A model generated the notes under the pieces. It had not been told where the DNA came from. It searched no databases and saw only the letters and a list, made by a program, of their open reading frames with translations. The position numbers were made by a program, and so were the translations under genes. A stretch of DNA of 64,000 nucleotides from an uncultured Chloroflexia bacterium (GTDB taxonomy: Bacteria; Chloroflexota; Chloroflexia; QHBQ01; JADMIH01): positions 832,001-896,000 of the forward strand of contig CAWCNY010000006.1 of NCBI GenBank assembly GCA_963797095.1, given 5' to 3'. This document shows positions 1 through 10,879 of this stretch, piece after piece (positions within the stretch are counted from its first letter, which is position 1; the number at the start of each line of letters is the position of its first letter).

Positions 1-1092
1 TACGCTCAATCGCCAGGTCTGACCATTGTCGCTGGGTTTCCACTCCCAGGTGTGCTCGGCTCTCCTCAAACGTCACCTCGATAGTCCACCGCTTGATGAA
101 CCGGCTCACCACCTCCACTGCCTGCAAGCTCTGGTCAGTGCACAAGTAGGCTCGCGGTTCTCTGTTGCCTTGAGGGTCACGGGTGAGCACCCACCTGATT
201 GGCAACACCGCAGAGCCAATCCGATACCATACGCACGTGCCGCTTGCCACTTCAAGTTCTTGCTCCGATCCGTCATACCACCTTACCTTTATCTTCACCC
301 ACTCCGTGTTGGGGTCTGAGAGTACCTGGCTCAGTTTGGGCAAGGCTGCTCCTTTCACTCTCGGCCTGCCCATTGTGCCCGGTTTGCGAGGTGGCGCAGG
401 TTCATACAAGGCGCATTCCCAACGCATTGGCGCTACAAGCGTGATCTGGTGCTTGACACAGCACAACCCCAATTCCAAGATCGAATAGGCAGTGTCGCCA
501 ACCAACGAAACAGATATGTCTGGTAGCCAGCGCCTTACCATCATCACCATCTGCTGGGCTATCTCTCCTACCGTCTTGTGCGCCTTACCCAATTGCTCAC
601 TTACTTTAGGTGTGGTGGCCAGCACTGAGAAGAAAGGAAGCGCCCATGCCCTGCTTGACCAGGGTACTTGCACTACCAGCATCATTACCACCCAACGCAA
701 CCCACTTGTACTGACCGACTGCTCTTTGCTCGATTGCACCGAGTTCGGTAATGGCCGCGCTTGGAGATTTTGCGGCCCCATCTTCTTTCCAGCGTCTCGT
801 CAATAGCAATCTCGACGGTTGCACCTGCCGCAACAAACGTATTGACCAGCAATTGGAGAAGGAGCCGGCTCAACATTAGGCAAGACCAGCTTGCACGGTT
901 GAGCACCTGATGAAACAGGGTAAAGTCCTCACCATGTTGCAAGCCCATCTGCTTGAGGGCTGCCGTCACGGTCCGACGGCCTCTTGCCAGGATTGTGCCA
1001 ACCACCAGCACGAGCGCTTTGTCCCAGGTTGGACGGGTGAAAGCTGGCCTGAAATGGAGCAGCACCTGTATAATCGGGTTGGGTAGGGACAT
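1..1092 (-). pseudogene. IS701-like DDE transposase with a 1-bp frameshift near 740-748, running off the window
   Basis: ATG at 1092 after AGGAGAG gives MSLPNPIIQ...RRTVTAAL...IDETLERRWGRKI. A second frame continues SGLRWVVMML...LPIRWVLTRDP...KRWTIEVTFEESRAHLGVETQRQWSDLAIER. Confidence 0.8.
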
Positions 1093-1202
1093 CGCTTCTC
1101 TCCTTGTCGCAGATGGTGTTGTGGTAGACTTCCATCTTACAACAAAGGGTCTGCGGGTCCCTTTACCCGTTTTCACCTCCTTTCATTTTGTACAAAGTCG
1201 AG
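1..1202 (-). mobile_element. IS701/IS4-like insertion sequence, truncated by the window edge
   Basis: Contains a transposase. The putative terminal sequence CTCGACTTTGTACAAAATG on the minus strand begins at 1202, next to the ruvB stop codon (CTAAG context). The other end is outside the window. Confidence 0.75.
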
Positions 1203-1203
1203 C

Positions 1204-2241
1204 TTAGAATAGCTTGGGTTGCTCGGCCTCAACCTCTTCATTGCGCGACGGGTATTGCACTCCAATATGCTCATAAGCCCTGCGGGTAGCCACCCGTCCC
1301 CTGGGAGTGCGCGCCAGGAAGCCCAATTGAAGCAGGTATGGCTCATACACATCGGTGATGGCGTCGCTCTCCTCACTTATGGATGCCGCTATAGTGCCGA
1401 GCCCCACAGGGCCGCCATCGAACTTATCGATTATGGCGTGCAGCACGCGGCGGTCGGTCTCGTCCAGGCCGAGCATGTCGATCTCCAGCCTGCGGAGCGC
1501 CTCGTTAGCCACGTCCTGGGTGATTATGCCTTCGGCCCGTACCTGCGCGTAGTCGCGTACGCGCCTCAACAGGCGGTTTGCCACGCGAGGCGTGCCGCGA
1601 CTGCGACGGGCGATCTCGCTGGCCCCTTCTGACTCTATTACCACTCCCAGGATTGCCGCCGACCGCTTGATGATCTTCTCCATGGCACCCTGTGTGTAGT
1701 ATTCCAGGCGGAATGTGACGCCGAAGCGGTCGCGCAGAGGCGACGATAGCATGGCAAGCCGGGTGGTCGCGCCGATAATTGTGAATTGCGGCAGGTTGAG
1801 CCGCAACGAGCGTGCGCTCGGTCCCTTCCCGATCATCACGTCGAGCGCATAATCTTCCATCGCTGGATAGAGCACTTCCTCAACCGCCCGGTTGAGGCGA
1901 TGGATCTCATCGATGAAAAGGATTTCGTTGGCTTTGAGATTGGTGAGGACGGATGCAAGGTCGCCCGGCCTTTCAATAGCAGGTCCGGAGGTTGTCTTGA
2001 TCGGCACGCCCATCTCGTTAGCGATCACGGAGCTTATTGTGGTCTTACCGAGGCCGGGAGGCCCGTAAAAGAGTAGGTGGTCGAGCACTTCTGAGCGCGC
2101 TTTGGCCGCCTCCAACATGATCTCGATGTGCTCTTTCAACTTTTCCTGGCCGATGTACTCGGCCAAACGCCTGGGGCGTAACGTCTGCTCTATCTCTTCT
2201 TCGTTCTGCTTGGTCTTGGCCGAAACAAGTCGCTCTACCAT
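1204..2241 (-). CDS. ruvB: Holliday junction branch migration helicase RuvB
   Basis: [12 protein letters not shown], Walker [42 protein letters not shown]. Confidence 0.98.
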   Translation of the reverse strand: MVERLVSAKTKQNEEEIEQTLRPRRLAEYIGQEKLKEHIEIMLEAAKARSEVLDHLLFYGPPGLGKTTISSVIANEMGVPIKTTSGPAIERPGDLASVLTNLKANEILFIDEIHRLNRAVEEVLYPAMEDYALDVMIGKGPSARSLRLNLPQFTIIGATTRLAMLSSPLRDRFGVTFRLEYYTQGAMEKIIKRSAAILGVVIESEGASEIARRSRGTPRVANRLLRRVRDYAQVRAEGIITQDVANEALRRLEIDMLGLDETDRRVLHAIIDKFDGGPVGLGTIAASISEESDAITDVYEPYLLQLGFLARTPRGRVATRRAYEHIGVQYPSRNEEVEAEQPKLF

Positions 2242-2268
2242 CTCATTGTCCTCACAACTACAAGTTTA

Positions 2269-2280
2269 GAACATATTTGC
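2269..2280 (-). promoter_or_regulatory. Degenerate LexA (SOS) box upstream of ruvB
   Basis: Minus strand reads GCAAatatGTTC, with one perfect GTTC half-site, just downstream of an extended -10 TGGTATAAT. Confidence 0.5.
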
Positions 2281-2379
2281 TACATTATACCACATAATGA
2301 GCAAGTTGGATCACCTAATATGGGCTGTCTTTAGAAACGGTGTAACAGATAATCGAGATGATAGAGGTAATCTCCAGGA

Positions 2380-2805
2380 CTATCGGCCAGGCAAGGGCAC
2401 AATCCCGAAAAGCTTACGCCTTTGTTTGGGAGCTTCAACAGGATTGTCTGAGGCGGCAACCTGGCGGGCCTTCTCCTCAGCCAATTGAATATAATATTCC
2501 TTCTGGATGGTCAGCTCCTTCTCCCAGGTCGTCAAAGCGACCAAGGCCGCCACCGGGGCGGCCAGCGATTGCCATCTTCCCAGCTTGTTCCACTCTTCTC
2601 TGGCCCATTTGAATAGCTGGTAAAGCTGGATCGGATTGGAATTGGGATATGGCGGGACTGGGTAACCCAGCTTCTTGCCTGCTTTCTTGGCCTGGGCCAT
2701 CGCCTTGCGAGGCGGCAGTGGCAGGCCCTCAGGCTTTTGCAGGAGTTTCAATGCGTCAAGGCGCGATTTGCGCCGAAGCTCGATCACTTTGTTCTTTCTA
2801 GCCAT
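2380..2805 (-). CDS. Hypothetical basic protein
   Basis: 141-aa ORF with a GGAG RBS, co-oriented behind the DUF4230 gene; no family recognised. Confidence 0.7.
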   Translation of the reverse strand: MARKNKVIELRRKSRLDALKLLQKPEGLPLPPRKAMAQAKKAGKKLGYPVPPYPNSNPIQLYQLFKWAREEWNKLGRWQSLAAPVAALVALTTWEKELTIQKEYYIQLAEEKARQVAASDNPVEAPKQRRKLFGIVPLPGR

Positions 2806-2847
2806 TGTTCCTCCGGGTTAAATAGAGATCCCTCATAGACCTGCCCG

Positions 2848-3858
2848 TCAGGGCCCTTCCGTGAACTCCACATCTTCGTATCCCAGGCCCGTGATAAGAG
2901 TGCGCAAGACCTGCTTGGCATTCTCGGTGGCTTTGTCGAGGATGCCATCTTCCATCGCGGTGTTTAGTATCTCTTGCTGGGCTACACGCCTTATATCAGT
3001 TTCCAGGTTGGGATCGGGCTTGCTGAATATGCCCGTCTGGCGGTCATACACATAGGTCCTGTCGTTATCAAGGGTGCTGACCAGGATCTCGGCATCAGGC
3101 AGGTTGATCGTCACGGTATCGCTTACAACAGTCACATCTCCCGGCTTTAGCTTTGAGAGGTCAACACCTGCCGTCACTTCGCCGTGGGCCACCAGGAGGA
3201 TTTTGTCGCTTGTCAGAAAATCGGGGAGAGGGCCGCTGCTCTTGCCGCTTACCACCTTCTCAAGCTCGTAATGCACCGTTTCCAGCTTACTCAGGGCGCG
3301 CACCTGGTCTATAACGGTCGGGCTGCTGGTGTCGATTGTGACCGTGGGCGTGGTCACCAGACTGGGGAACGAAGGTATCAAGCCGCCAAGCTTCCCCAGG
3401 CCATCCAGCCCTTTCCCGAAGGTGAAGAACCCTAGCGCCGCGCACGACAGCAGCAGCAGAGAAAATGTAGTGGCGACGATTGCGCAGGCTGAAGGCCCTT
3501 TGTGTATGTGTGTTACCTGCTGTTGGGCGGCTGCAGCATCTGCTCCCTGGAGGCTCCGGTCACTGGAGGTTGCAAGCTCTTGCGATTGATGTAGTGTGGG
3601 TTCGGTGACACTCTCGGCGACCGCCGGGTGTCGTCCCGGTTCGGCAGGCACGCGCGTATAAAGGGTGCCGCTGCGCACCACCGGGCGTTCGATGAGCCAC
3701 TCGCCATCGTCGGAGGCGGGGGCGCTGCGGGCCTCCTCTCGTGGGCCACCATCGGGAAGGATGCGCACGGTATCGGGGCCGTCGCCCCAGTTGCCCGGCC
3801 TTGCTTTCTGTCTATCCATACCGTCTGCTTTACCAATATCTTCGTCCATCTCTCTCAA
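2848..3858 (-). CDS. DUF4230 domain membrane-anchored protein
   Basis: Disordered N-terminus, one TM helix, then LSKLETV...LLVAHGEVTAGVDLSKL...LPDAEI...GILDKATENA. Confidence 0.88.
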   Translation of the reverse strand: MREMDEDIGKADGMDRQKARPGNWGDGPDTVRILPDGGPREEARSAPASDDGEWLIERPVVRSGTLYTRVPAEPGRHPAVAESVTEPTLHQSQELATSSDRSLQGADAAAAQQQVTHIHKGPSACAIVATTFSLLLLSCAALGFFTFGKGLDGLGKLGGLIPSFPSLVTTPTVTIDTSSPTVIDQVRALSKLETVHYELEKVVSGKSSGPLPDFLTSDKILLVAHGEVTAGVDLSKLKPGDVTVVSDTVTINLPDAEILVSTLDNDRTYVYDRQTGIFSKPDPNLETDIRRVAQQEILNTAMEDGILDKATENAKQVLRTLITGLGYEDVEFTEGP

Positions 3859-4054
3859 ACTCCAGTTATGGCACCCGTTCTACTCTCTGATTATACCACC
3901 CCATCTTGCCCATCTTGTGCCTGCTCGTCGTGCAAAGTTTGTAGGCTCGGAAAATGCTATGTTAGAATTAACCCGAACACAGGCACGACCTGCGCCACTA
4001 TCGTCTTCAGGGTGGCAGGCGTGTACTGGTAGAAACGCAAGATGGGAGATATTT

Positions 4055-5374
4055 TTGGCGACAGAGGCGCATGAGCTACAGAAGGTACACACGGACGAAG
4101 GAAGGCGCGAACCGCTAATACCGCGTTTCAGGGTGACGTCGCAGGAGCGTAACCGCCTGATCCTGGTTGGCCTCGCCGCCATCGTGTTGGGCTGGCTTCT
4201 GTACAACTCCTGGGATGCTCTAGGGCCTTTCATTATCGCGCTCGTGCTCGCCTACCTGATGGTTCCGTTGGTGGACCTCCTTTCGCGTTTCGTGTCCCGT
4301 ATCATTTCCATTTTCGCCGTCTATATCGCCTTCATCGCGGTGATCTGGGGCCTCATCGCCTGGATTACCCCTCTCGTTACCCACCAGGTCGGCGACCTTG
4401 TAGACGACATACCGATCTACCAGAAGCAGTTCGATGAGTGGTCTTCGCAGGCGACCCAGTGGTACAACAGCCTCCCGATCTCGCCCGAAGTGCGCCAATC
4501 GATAGAGAATGGCCTGCGCAACTCGATAGACGCTATAGGCTCCGCGATCCAGGGGGCTGCTGTTGGCTTGTTCCGCACCATCTCGCGGGCCATGGGCTTC
4601 ATCGTTGGGCTGTTCATCATACCGTTCTGGCTCTTCTACGTGCTGAAAGACAAGGACCGGGGGATTGCGGCCTTCAACAACATGCTCCCCATATCGTGGC
4701 GCGAGGATGTATGGCGTGTATTCAGGATCATAAACGGCGTCCTCAGTAGCTATATACGTGGGCAACTCTTCCTGGGTCTCGCGGTAGGGGTTGCCTCCAC
4801 TGTCGGCATGATTATCGTGGGCGCGCCTTTCCCGATAATCCTGGGGATCATTTCGGGCGTAACCGAGATCGTACCCGTGATCGGCCCCATCCTGGGCGCG
4901 ATCCCTGGCCTGATCCTGGCCGCGTTCCACCCCGAAGGGTGGGTGATGGTGCTCAAAGTGCTGGCGGTGTACGTGATCGTGCAGCAACTTGAGAACAACT
5001 TGCTCGTTCCAAAGATACAGGGCGATAGCGTCAAGCTGCACCCATCGATGATCATGGTTGCCCTGGTGGTGGGCAGCCAGGTGGGTGGGTTGTTCGGGCT
5101 GATCGTGGCGGTGCCGGTGGCCGCGATCCTGCGAGACATCTACCTCTATCTATACCGGCGGTTCACGGAAGGCTATACTGCATACGAGGCCGAAGCCAGC
5201 GTGCCCTCGCGCCAGGACGAGGGGTCGCCACCGGGCAAGGCCAAACTTCGGCTCGAGCTGGATAGAGAGGAGCGCATCCCAGGCATCCAGAGCGCCGATG
5301 AGATGATCGAGACTTTTGAGGAAACAAATCGGACGGCGACCACAAGTTCCGAATCAACCAAAAACCATAATTAG
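4055..5374 (+). CDS. AI-2E family transporter
   Basis: PFIIALVLAYLMVP, YIRGQL, IVPVIGP, QQLENNLLVPKIQGDSVKLHP. TTG start at 4055 after GGGAG is preferred to the track start at 3665. Confidence 0.92.
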   Translation: MATEAHELQKVHTDEGRREPLIPRFRVTSQERNRLILVGLAAIVLGWLLYNSWDALGPFIIALVLAYLMVPLVDLLSRFVSRIISIFAVYIAFIAVIWGLIAWITPLVTHQVGDLVDDIPIYQKQFDEWSSQATQWYNSLPISPEVRQSIENGLRNSIDAIGSAIQGAAVGLFRTISRAMGFIVGLFIIPFWLFYVLKDKDRGIAAFNNMLPISWREDVWRVFRIINGVLSSYIRGQLFLGLAVGVASTVGMIIVGAPFPIILGIISGVTEIVPVIGPILGAIPGLILAAFHPEGWVMVLKVLAVYVIVQQLENNLLVPKIQGDSVKLHPSMIMVALVVGSQVGGLFGLIVAVPVAAILRDIYLYLYRRFTEGYTAYEAEASVPSRQDEGSPPGKAKLRLELDREERIPGIQSADEMIETFEETNRTATTSSESTKNHN

Positions 5375-5430
5375 TGTACTAGCTAACAATCTCTCACTTA
5401 GCATCATCCAAAATCAGAAATCTACCCGAT

Positions 5431-6963
5431 ATGAGCCAGACAAGCAACAAACAATCCCCATCCAGCCCACCTAATGGCAAAGTGCCGCGATCAAATACGC
5501 GGCCCACCTACTCTCCCCCTCCCACCTACAGGGCGCGCCCTCCGGCCCCCACCTACCGGGCGAGGCCGGGCACCGGCCCTCAGCCGGTCCAGCGGTTCGA
5601 TCCGCAAACCGCCCTCCTTCGCGCCCGCTATCGCACCCAGGCGCGCCGCAACCGGATGCGCCTGATAGTGCTCACCATTGTCGGTATTATGGCTGTGAGT
5701 GGGATCGGCATCTATGCCTATGTATCAAATACCGTCGGCGTGCTCACGCAGGCTATCAGCAAGGTCTTCCAGACTCCCGTCCCACACCACGTAGACGCCA
5801 ATGGCAGCCCCGTGGTTGTGGAGTACCCACCGTGGGGAGAGCCGGTCAACATTCTGCTGATCGGCCTCGACTACCGTCCGGGGGATCAAGATACCCGCGC
5901 CGACACTCAAATAGTCGTGCACGTAGACCCCGTGTCGAAGAGCGCCGCTATGGTCGCAATCCCCCGCGACCTGTGGGTGCCTATACCTGGCTTCGGAGAG
6001 GGGAGAATAAACTCGGCGTACCAACTTGGCGAGAGCAACAAGGCGACCATAGAGGGCGGCGGCTCTGTGCTCGCCATGTCCACTATAGAGCAGAACCTGG
6101 GCATCAAAATACAGTATTACGCCAAGGTCGACTTCACCGGGTTCGAGAAGATCATCGATACTATGGGTGGGCTGACCCTCGATGTGCCGCGCCCGCTGGT
6201 GGACAACGATTATCCTCTCGGTAACTACGGAGTGACGCGCCTCTACATACCCGCTGGGCTGCAACACATGGACGGGCGTACTGCCCTCGCGTACGCCCGC
6301 TCAAGACACGCCGACAGCGACCTGGGGCGCAACTCGCGCCAGCAGCAAGTGCTGCTCGCTATCAAAGATCAAGGTCTCAACTTGAACCTGATCCCTAAAC
6401 TGAATGACCTGGCAGGCCAGTTGTCCGATGCGGTGGAGACCAATCTTTCGCTGACCCAGGTCGGCTCCCTCGCCACCCTGGCGAGGGAGATGGACCAGGA
6501 TTCGATCCAGACGGTCACGATCAGCGCCGATATGGTCACCGAAACGATCATACCTTCGACGGGGGCCGACGTCCTTATTCCCAACTGGGACCAGATCCGG
6601 CCTCTGATCTCGCAGGCGTTCGCGGACCCCGCGCTGGCTAAAGAAGCGGCCCGGCTGTCAGTTCAGAACGGCACCTCGGTGGGTGGGATCGGCAAGAAGG
6701 TACGCGACCTGCTGGTAGCCCAGGGCTTCTTCGTGCCCGACCTAAGCTCACGCCCGGGCGAGGAGCAGGGCACTTACCCTGTGTCCACCATCACCGATTA
6801 CACAGGCGGCAAGAAACCGCGCACCATCCAGGCCCTCTGTAGCGCCCTCGATATCGATTGTACTAAGGTCAAGCAGGGCGATCCCGCCGACGCACCTATT
6901 GCGCAGACCGACGGCAAGCCGGTTGACATAATGGTGATCGCCGGGGACGATAAGATAAAGTAG
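5431..6963 (+). CDS. LCP family cell-wall glycopolymer ligase with LytR_C domain
   Basis: NILLIGLD, RADT, IPRDLWV, INSAY, ALAYARSRHADSDLGRNSRQQ; C-terminal SVQNGT...DIMVIAGDD. Confidence 0.93.
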   Translation: MSQTSNKQSPSSPPNGKVPRSNTRPTYSPPPTYRARPPAPTYRARPGTGPQPVQRFDPQTALLRARYRTQARRNRMRLIVLTIVGIMAVSGIGIYAYVSNTVGVLTQAISKVFQTPVPHHVDANGSPVVVEYPPWGEPVNILLIGLDYRPGDQDTRADTQIVVHVDPVSKSAAMVAIPRDLWVPIPGFGEGRINSAYQLGESNKATIEGGGSVLAMSTIEQNLGIKIQYYAKVDFTGFEKIIDTMGGLTLDVPRPLVDNDYPLGNYGVTRLYIPAGLQHMDGRTALAYARSRHADSDLGRNSRQQQVLLAIKDQGLNLNLIPKLNDLAGQLSDAVETNLSLTQVGSLATLAREMDQDSIQTVTISADMVTETIIPSTGADVLIPNWDQIRPLISQAFADPALAKEAARLSVQNGTSVGGIGKKVRDLLVAQGFFVPDLSSRPGEEQGTYPVSTITDYTGGKKPRTIQALCSALDIDCTKVKQGDPADAPIAQTDGKPVDIMVIAGDDKIK

Positions 6964-7056
6964 GGCGAGTGGACGATCATGATATAATAGGGTGGGGTAT
7001 GCTGTGTGGCGGGATGGCCGCACAAATCCGGCCCTATTCTTTCTATTTGCTGCGAA

Positions 7057-7989
7057 ATGACACTTCTCATCAATAACGTTGGTGCGCTCGATGGACAGGA
7101 GCGACCGCCTGTGGCTGAGTGGCGCATGATCGTGGGATACGATCTGCCGGGCGACTACCTCATGGCGTTGGACGAGAGTTTGCTCGACTCGGTAATCGCG
7201 GGTGGCGCGCCCGTCGTGCGATTCTACACCTGGCAACCCGCCACTCTTTCATTGGGAGTGAACCAGTCTTTGCGCGAGATCGATCCAGACGAATGTGCAA
7301 GGCGCGGATTTGGGTTGGTGCGCCGTCTCACAGGCGGGCGCGCCGTACTCCACCAGCACGAACTCACCTATTCGGTGATTGCTCGTGAGAACGACCCGCG
7401 AGTGTCAGGTGGGGTGATCGAGTCCTACAGGAAGATAAGCGCCGCATTGGTCGATGGCCTTCGGTCGCTTGGTGTGGATGTGTCGCTGGCCGAGCCGAGC
7501 AAGGCGCTGTTCCGGGCGATGGTGTCCGGTCGGCACTCGAACATCCGGGAACCGGCCGAAAGTGAGGGCGTTGACAGCGAAAGCAGCCACGGCGCTGTAT
7601 GCTTTGACGTGGCCTCAGCTTACGAGGTCACAGCAGGAGGTCGCAAGCTTGTAGGGAGTGCTCAGGCCCGGCGGGGAGGAGCGATACTTCAACACGGCTC
7701 TATACTGCTCGATATAGATTGGGATGCATGGGTGTCAGTTTTCGTCTATGCGACCCCGGCGGGCAAGGATCGTGCTTACTTGAAGTTACCCACCCGTATG
7801 ACTTCCATGCGCCATGAACTAGGCGGGCAGGTCAGCACTGACGAAGTGCAAGCCACTCTAATTCACAGTTTCGAGCATACGATGAACATCAACTTGTCAC
7901 CCACAACAGTGACTGCACACGAAGAATCAGAGGCCATCCGGCTGGCAACCGAGAAGTATGGAGCGGAAAGCTGGACAGGGAAAACGTAA
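7057..7989 (+). CDS. Lipoate-protein ligase / octanoyltransferase (LplA/LipM family)
   Basis: MALDE, RFYTWQPATLSLG, VRRLTGGRAVLH, CF, GRKLVGSAQ, QHGSI. Confidence 0.92.
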   Translation: MTLLINNVGALDGQERPPVAEWRMIVGYDLPGDYLMALDESLLDSVIAGGAPVVRFYTWQPATLSLGVNQSLREIDPDECARRGFGLVRRLTGGRAVLHQHELTYSVIARENDPRVSGGVIESYRKISAALVDGLRSLGVDVSLAEPSKALFRAMVSGRHSNIREPAESEGVDSESSHGAVCFDVASAYEVTAGGRKLVGSAQARRGGAILQHGSILLDIDWDAWVSVFVYATPAGKDRAYLKLPTRMTSMRHELGGQVSTDEVQATLIHSFEHTMNINLSPTTVTAHEESEAIRLATEKYGAESWTGKT

Positions 7990-8102
7990 TGAGGAGAAAA
8001 GGCAAAGGACCAATCACGCGATAAGTATCAGCCACTCGTCACTCGTCACCTTCCGTCCTTCGTCTATCGTCCCAAATACTTGAGTGAGGTATAACGAACA
8101 AC

Positions 8103-9539
8103 ATGCCAGAGAATAACACAGAATACGATATAGCGATCATCGGAGGTGGGCCGGGCGGCTATGTATCCGCCCTCTATGGCGGGCTGAAAGGCGCTCGCAT
8201 CGCCATCATCGAGAAGGATCGCCGTTTGGGCGGCACCTGCCTCCTGCGCGGCTGCATCCCTTCCAAAGCCATGGTAAAGACGGCGGAACTGATGCTTGAA
8301 ATGCGTCACCCTGAGAAATATGGCCTCAGCCTCAACGGCACCGTGGCTATCGATTGGGAGGGCACCGTCGCCCGCAAAGATAAAGTCGTGGATGGGTTAG
8401 TGAACGGCCTCAATGGTCTGATGAAAGCCCGCAAGGTGGATGTGATCACCGGGCACGGTACTATCATGAACCCTAATACCGTCGTGGTTGAGGGCCGCGA
8501 GGTGCACGCCCGCAACATCATCATTGCCACAGGCTCCGGCACTTTGCTTCCTACAGACTTTCCTGGCGGCAATCTTCCAGGCGTGATTACCTCTGACGAG
8601 ATTTTAGATGCCGATTTGACAATGAAGGCCCTCCCCACGATGCCTGAGAGCATCATTATCGTGGGCGGCGGGATCGTGGGCATGGAGTTTGCTTCTATTT
8701 TCAACGGTTATGGTGCTAAAGTGACCGTTGTGGTCACTTCACCTCGCATCCTGCGCCTGGTGGACGAAGAGATCGCCCGCAGGTTCTCGATGGTAGCCAA
8801 GAACCACGGGATCGAGATTATCACCCGCACAGACGTGGTGAATATCGCTGAGGGCGATGGCGGCAAGGGACTCAAAGTGACCCTCAAGAACGCCGATTCC
8901 GGCGCGGAAGATGTGCGCCCCGTGACTTACCTCCTGTACGCCAAAGGCCGCTACCCTTACACCGACAAGTTGGGCCTCGAAAACATAGGATTACAGACGA
9001 AGCGTGGCAACATCATCGTGGACGAGCGCATGATGACCTCGGTCGAGGGTGTGTACGCCATAGGTGATGTGGTGCCCGGACCTATGCTCGCGCACGTGGC
9101 ATTCTATGAGGGCGAGGTGGCGATAGACAATATCATGGGCCACTACCGGGCCGCTGACTACGGTGCTGTGCCCGATGTGATCTTCACCATACCTGAGATT
9201 GCATCGGTCGGTATGCAGGAGAGTGAGGCCAAAGAGCGCGGCATCCCTGTGAAGGTGACCAAGTTCCCGTTCGCTGCCCTGGGTCGCGCTCAGGCAATTG
9301 GCGAGCCTGATGGTCTTGTGAAGATGGTGTGCGATCCCGGTTCGGGTGTGATCCTGGGCATGCAAGTAATGGGCGCGCACGCCACCGACGTTATTGCTGA
9401 GTGCACGCTGGCTGTGCAGCAAGGGATCACCGCCGAGGAACTGGCGCACACGATCCATGCTCACCCGACCATGCCGGAAGCGGTTCAGGAGACCGCCTTC
9501 TCGCAGCTATTCGGCGCGCCCCTCCACGCCAACCGGTAA
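8103..9539 (+). CDS. lpdA: Dihydrolipoyl dehydrogenase
   Basis: GGGPGGY, redox motif GGTCLLRGCIPSK, MLAH, HAHPTMPE. Confidence 0.96.
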   Translation: MPENNTEYDIAIIGGGPGGYVSALYGGLKGARIAIIEKDRRLGGTCLLRGCIPSKAMVKTAELMLEMRHPEKYGLSLNGTVAIDWEGTVARKDKVVDGLVNGLNGLMKARKVDVITGHGTIMNPNTVVVEGREVHARNIIIATGSGTLLPTDFPGGNLPGVITSDEILDADLTMKALPTMPESIIIVGGGIVGMEFASIFNGYGAKVTVVVTSPRILRLVDEEIARRFSMVAKNHGIEIITRTDVVNIAEGDGGKGLKVTLKNADSGAEDVRPVTYLLYAKGRYPYTDKLGLENIGLQTKRGNIIVDERMMTSVEGVYAIGDVVPGPMLAHVAFYEGEVAIDNIMGHYRAADYGAVPDVIFTIPEIASVGMQESEAKERGIPVKVTKFPFAALGRAQAIGEPDGLVKMVCDPGSGVILGMQVMGAHATDVIAECTLAVQQGITAEELAHTIHAHPTMPEAVQETAFSQLFGAPLHANR

Positions 9540-9551
9540 ATTAGAGTCGTG

Positions 9552-9588
9552 CGAACAAAATCGGGCGCGCCGCGCCCGATTTTGTTCG
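9552..9588. repeat. REP-like palindrome (18-bp arms)
   Basis: CGAACAAAATCGGGCGCG-C-CGCGCCCGATTTTGTTCG. Confidence 0.85.
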
Positions 9589-9599
9589 GGAGATCTGGC

Positions 9600-10754
9600 A
9601 TGAAGTATGAAGCGATCATTGTGGGCGGCGGTATCATGGGGATGTCAACCGCCTACTCCTTGTTAAAGCGAGGTGTGAAACGGCTAGCGCTGCTTGAGAG
9701 GCACGTGGTTGCCCACGACCGCGCGGCGTCTACTGATTGGACGAAGGCCATCCGCTACGAGTACGCCGGCGACGAGCAATATTCGCGGATGGTGGGGCGG
9801 GCGATTACGCTCTGGCGCGACCTCGAAGCCCGCACTAGCTCAGACCTGTATGTGAATTGCGGCGTCACCTGTTGGGGCCGGGGCGAGCTTAACCTCAGCC
9901 ACGCCCGCCATTCCTACCTGACGGTGAGCAAGATTGGCATCCCGATCAGAGAAGTCAGCCCCGACGAGCTATGCCGTATCTACCCGCAGTTCGCCAGGGC
10001 CGATATCAGCTACGCCACCGTCAACCCCGAAGGTGGATTCCTGCGCTCTGCTGAGTGCGTGCGCGCTACCGGGCAAATAGTGCGCGCCCTGGGTGGCGAG
10101 GTGCGCGAGGAGAGTCCGGTCGTTGCGGTGGATATGGGCGATGGTGGAATCACAATCCATCTCGCTGGTGGCGAAGCCATATCATCGGAGCGAGCGGTGC
10201 TGACACCAGGCGCCTGGGGCGCGAAACTACTCCCCCAACTCGGCTTGAATTTGCAACTGACCGCCAATCGCCAGCAGGTAGTCTACATTGAGGGACTTGG
10301 ACAGGAATTCGCTCCTGGCCCTTTCCCGGTCTATCTCAACCTGGATCACGACTTTTACGGTTTCCCTCTGGATGCCAATGGCCTCCTGAAGACATCGCTC
10401 CACATACCCGGCCCCGTAATCGACCCGGAGCAGGTGCAGACCCCCGACCCGCAGTTTGAGGAGATTATCCTCGACTTCCTGCGCACCTACAGCCCCCGCG
10501 CTGCCCAGGGTCGCCTGCGTATGTCGCGTATGTGCATGTACTCCATGACCCCTACCGAGGACTTCATTCTAGGCCGCTTCCCCGGCACGAACAATGTAGT
10601 ATTGGGAGCGGGCTTCTCGGGCCACGGTTTCAAATTCGGCCCACTCATCGGTGAGCTACTGGCCGACCTCTTGCTTGGCAACGAACCTGAGTTTCCGATG
10701 GCACGGTTTGGCATCGATGCCAATATCACCGCGAATAAGCGCCTGGATCCCTGA
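9600..10754 (+). CDS. Monomeric sarcosine oxidase / N-methyltryptophan oxidase-like flavoprotein
   Basis: GGGIMG, covalent-flavin Cys motif CMYSMTP.EDFILG, GFSGHGFKF. Confidence 0.88.
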   Translation: MKYEAIIVGGGIMGMSTAYSLLKRGVKRLALLERHVVAHDRAASTDWTKAIRYEYAGDEQYSRMVGRAITLWRDLEARTSSDLYVNCGVTCWGRGELNLSHARHSYLTVSKIGIPIREVSPDELCRIYPQFARADISYATVNPEGGFLRSAECVRATGQIVRALGGEVREESPVVAVDMGDGGITIHLAGGEAISSERAVLTPGAWGAKLLPQLGLNLQLTANRQQVVYIEGLGQEFAPGPFPVYLNLDHDFYGFPLDANGLLKTSLHIPGPVIDPEQVQTPDPQFEEIILDFLRTYSPRAAQGRLRMSRMCMYSMTPTEDFILGRFPGTNNVVLGAGFSGHGFKFGPLIGELLADLLLGNEPEFPMARFGIDANITANKRLDP

Positions 10755-10771
10755 TTCTGGCGCTCCTTTTG

Positions 10772-10800
10772 TGCAACACAAGACCCGATTCTTGCGTATA
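10772..10800 (+). promoter_or_regulatory. Putative ECF sigma promoter TGCAAC-N17-CGTATA
   Basis: Same hexamers and spacing recur at 18072-18100; resembles AAC/CGT-type ECF promoters. Confidence 0.55.
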
Positions 10801-10879
10801 ATACAGTAGACGCCCCCCACACGTTGGGACGTTTTCTAAGCGCACCTAAAAATGAGATATGACCGCATAGGAGCATATA

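Noticed and set aside
3665-4054. N-terminal extension of the AI-2E ORF
   Set aside because: Overlaps the divergent DUF4230 gene and promoter region; a better RBS and TTG exist at 4055.
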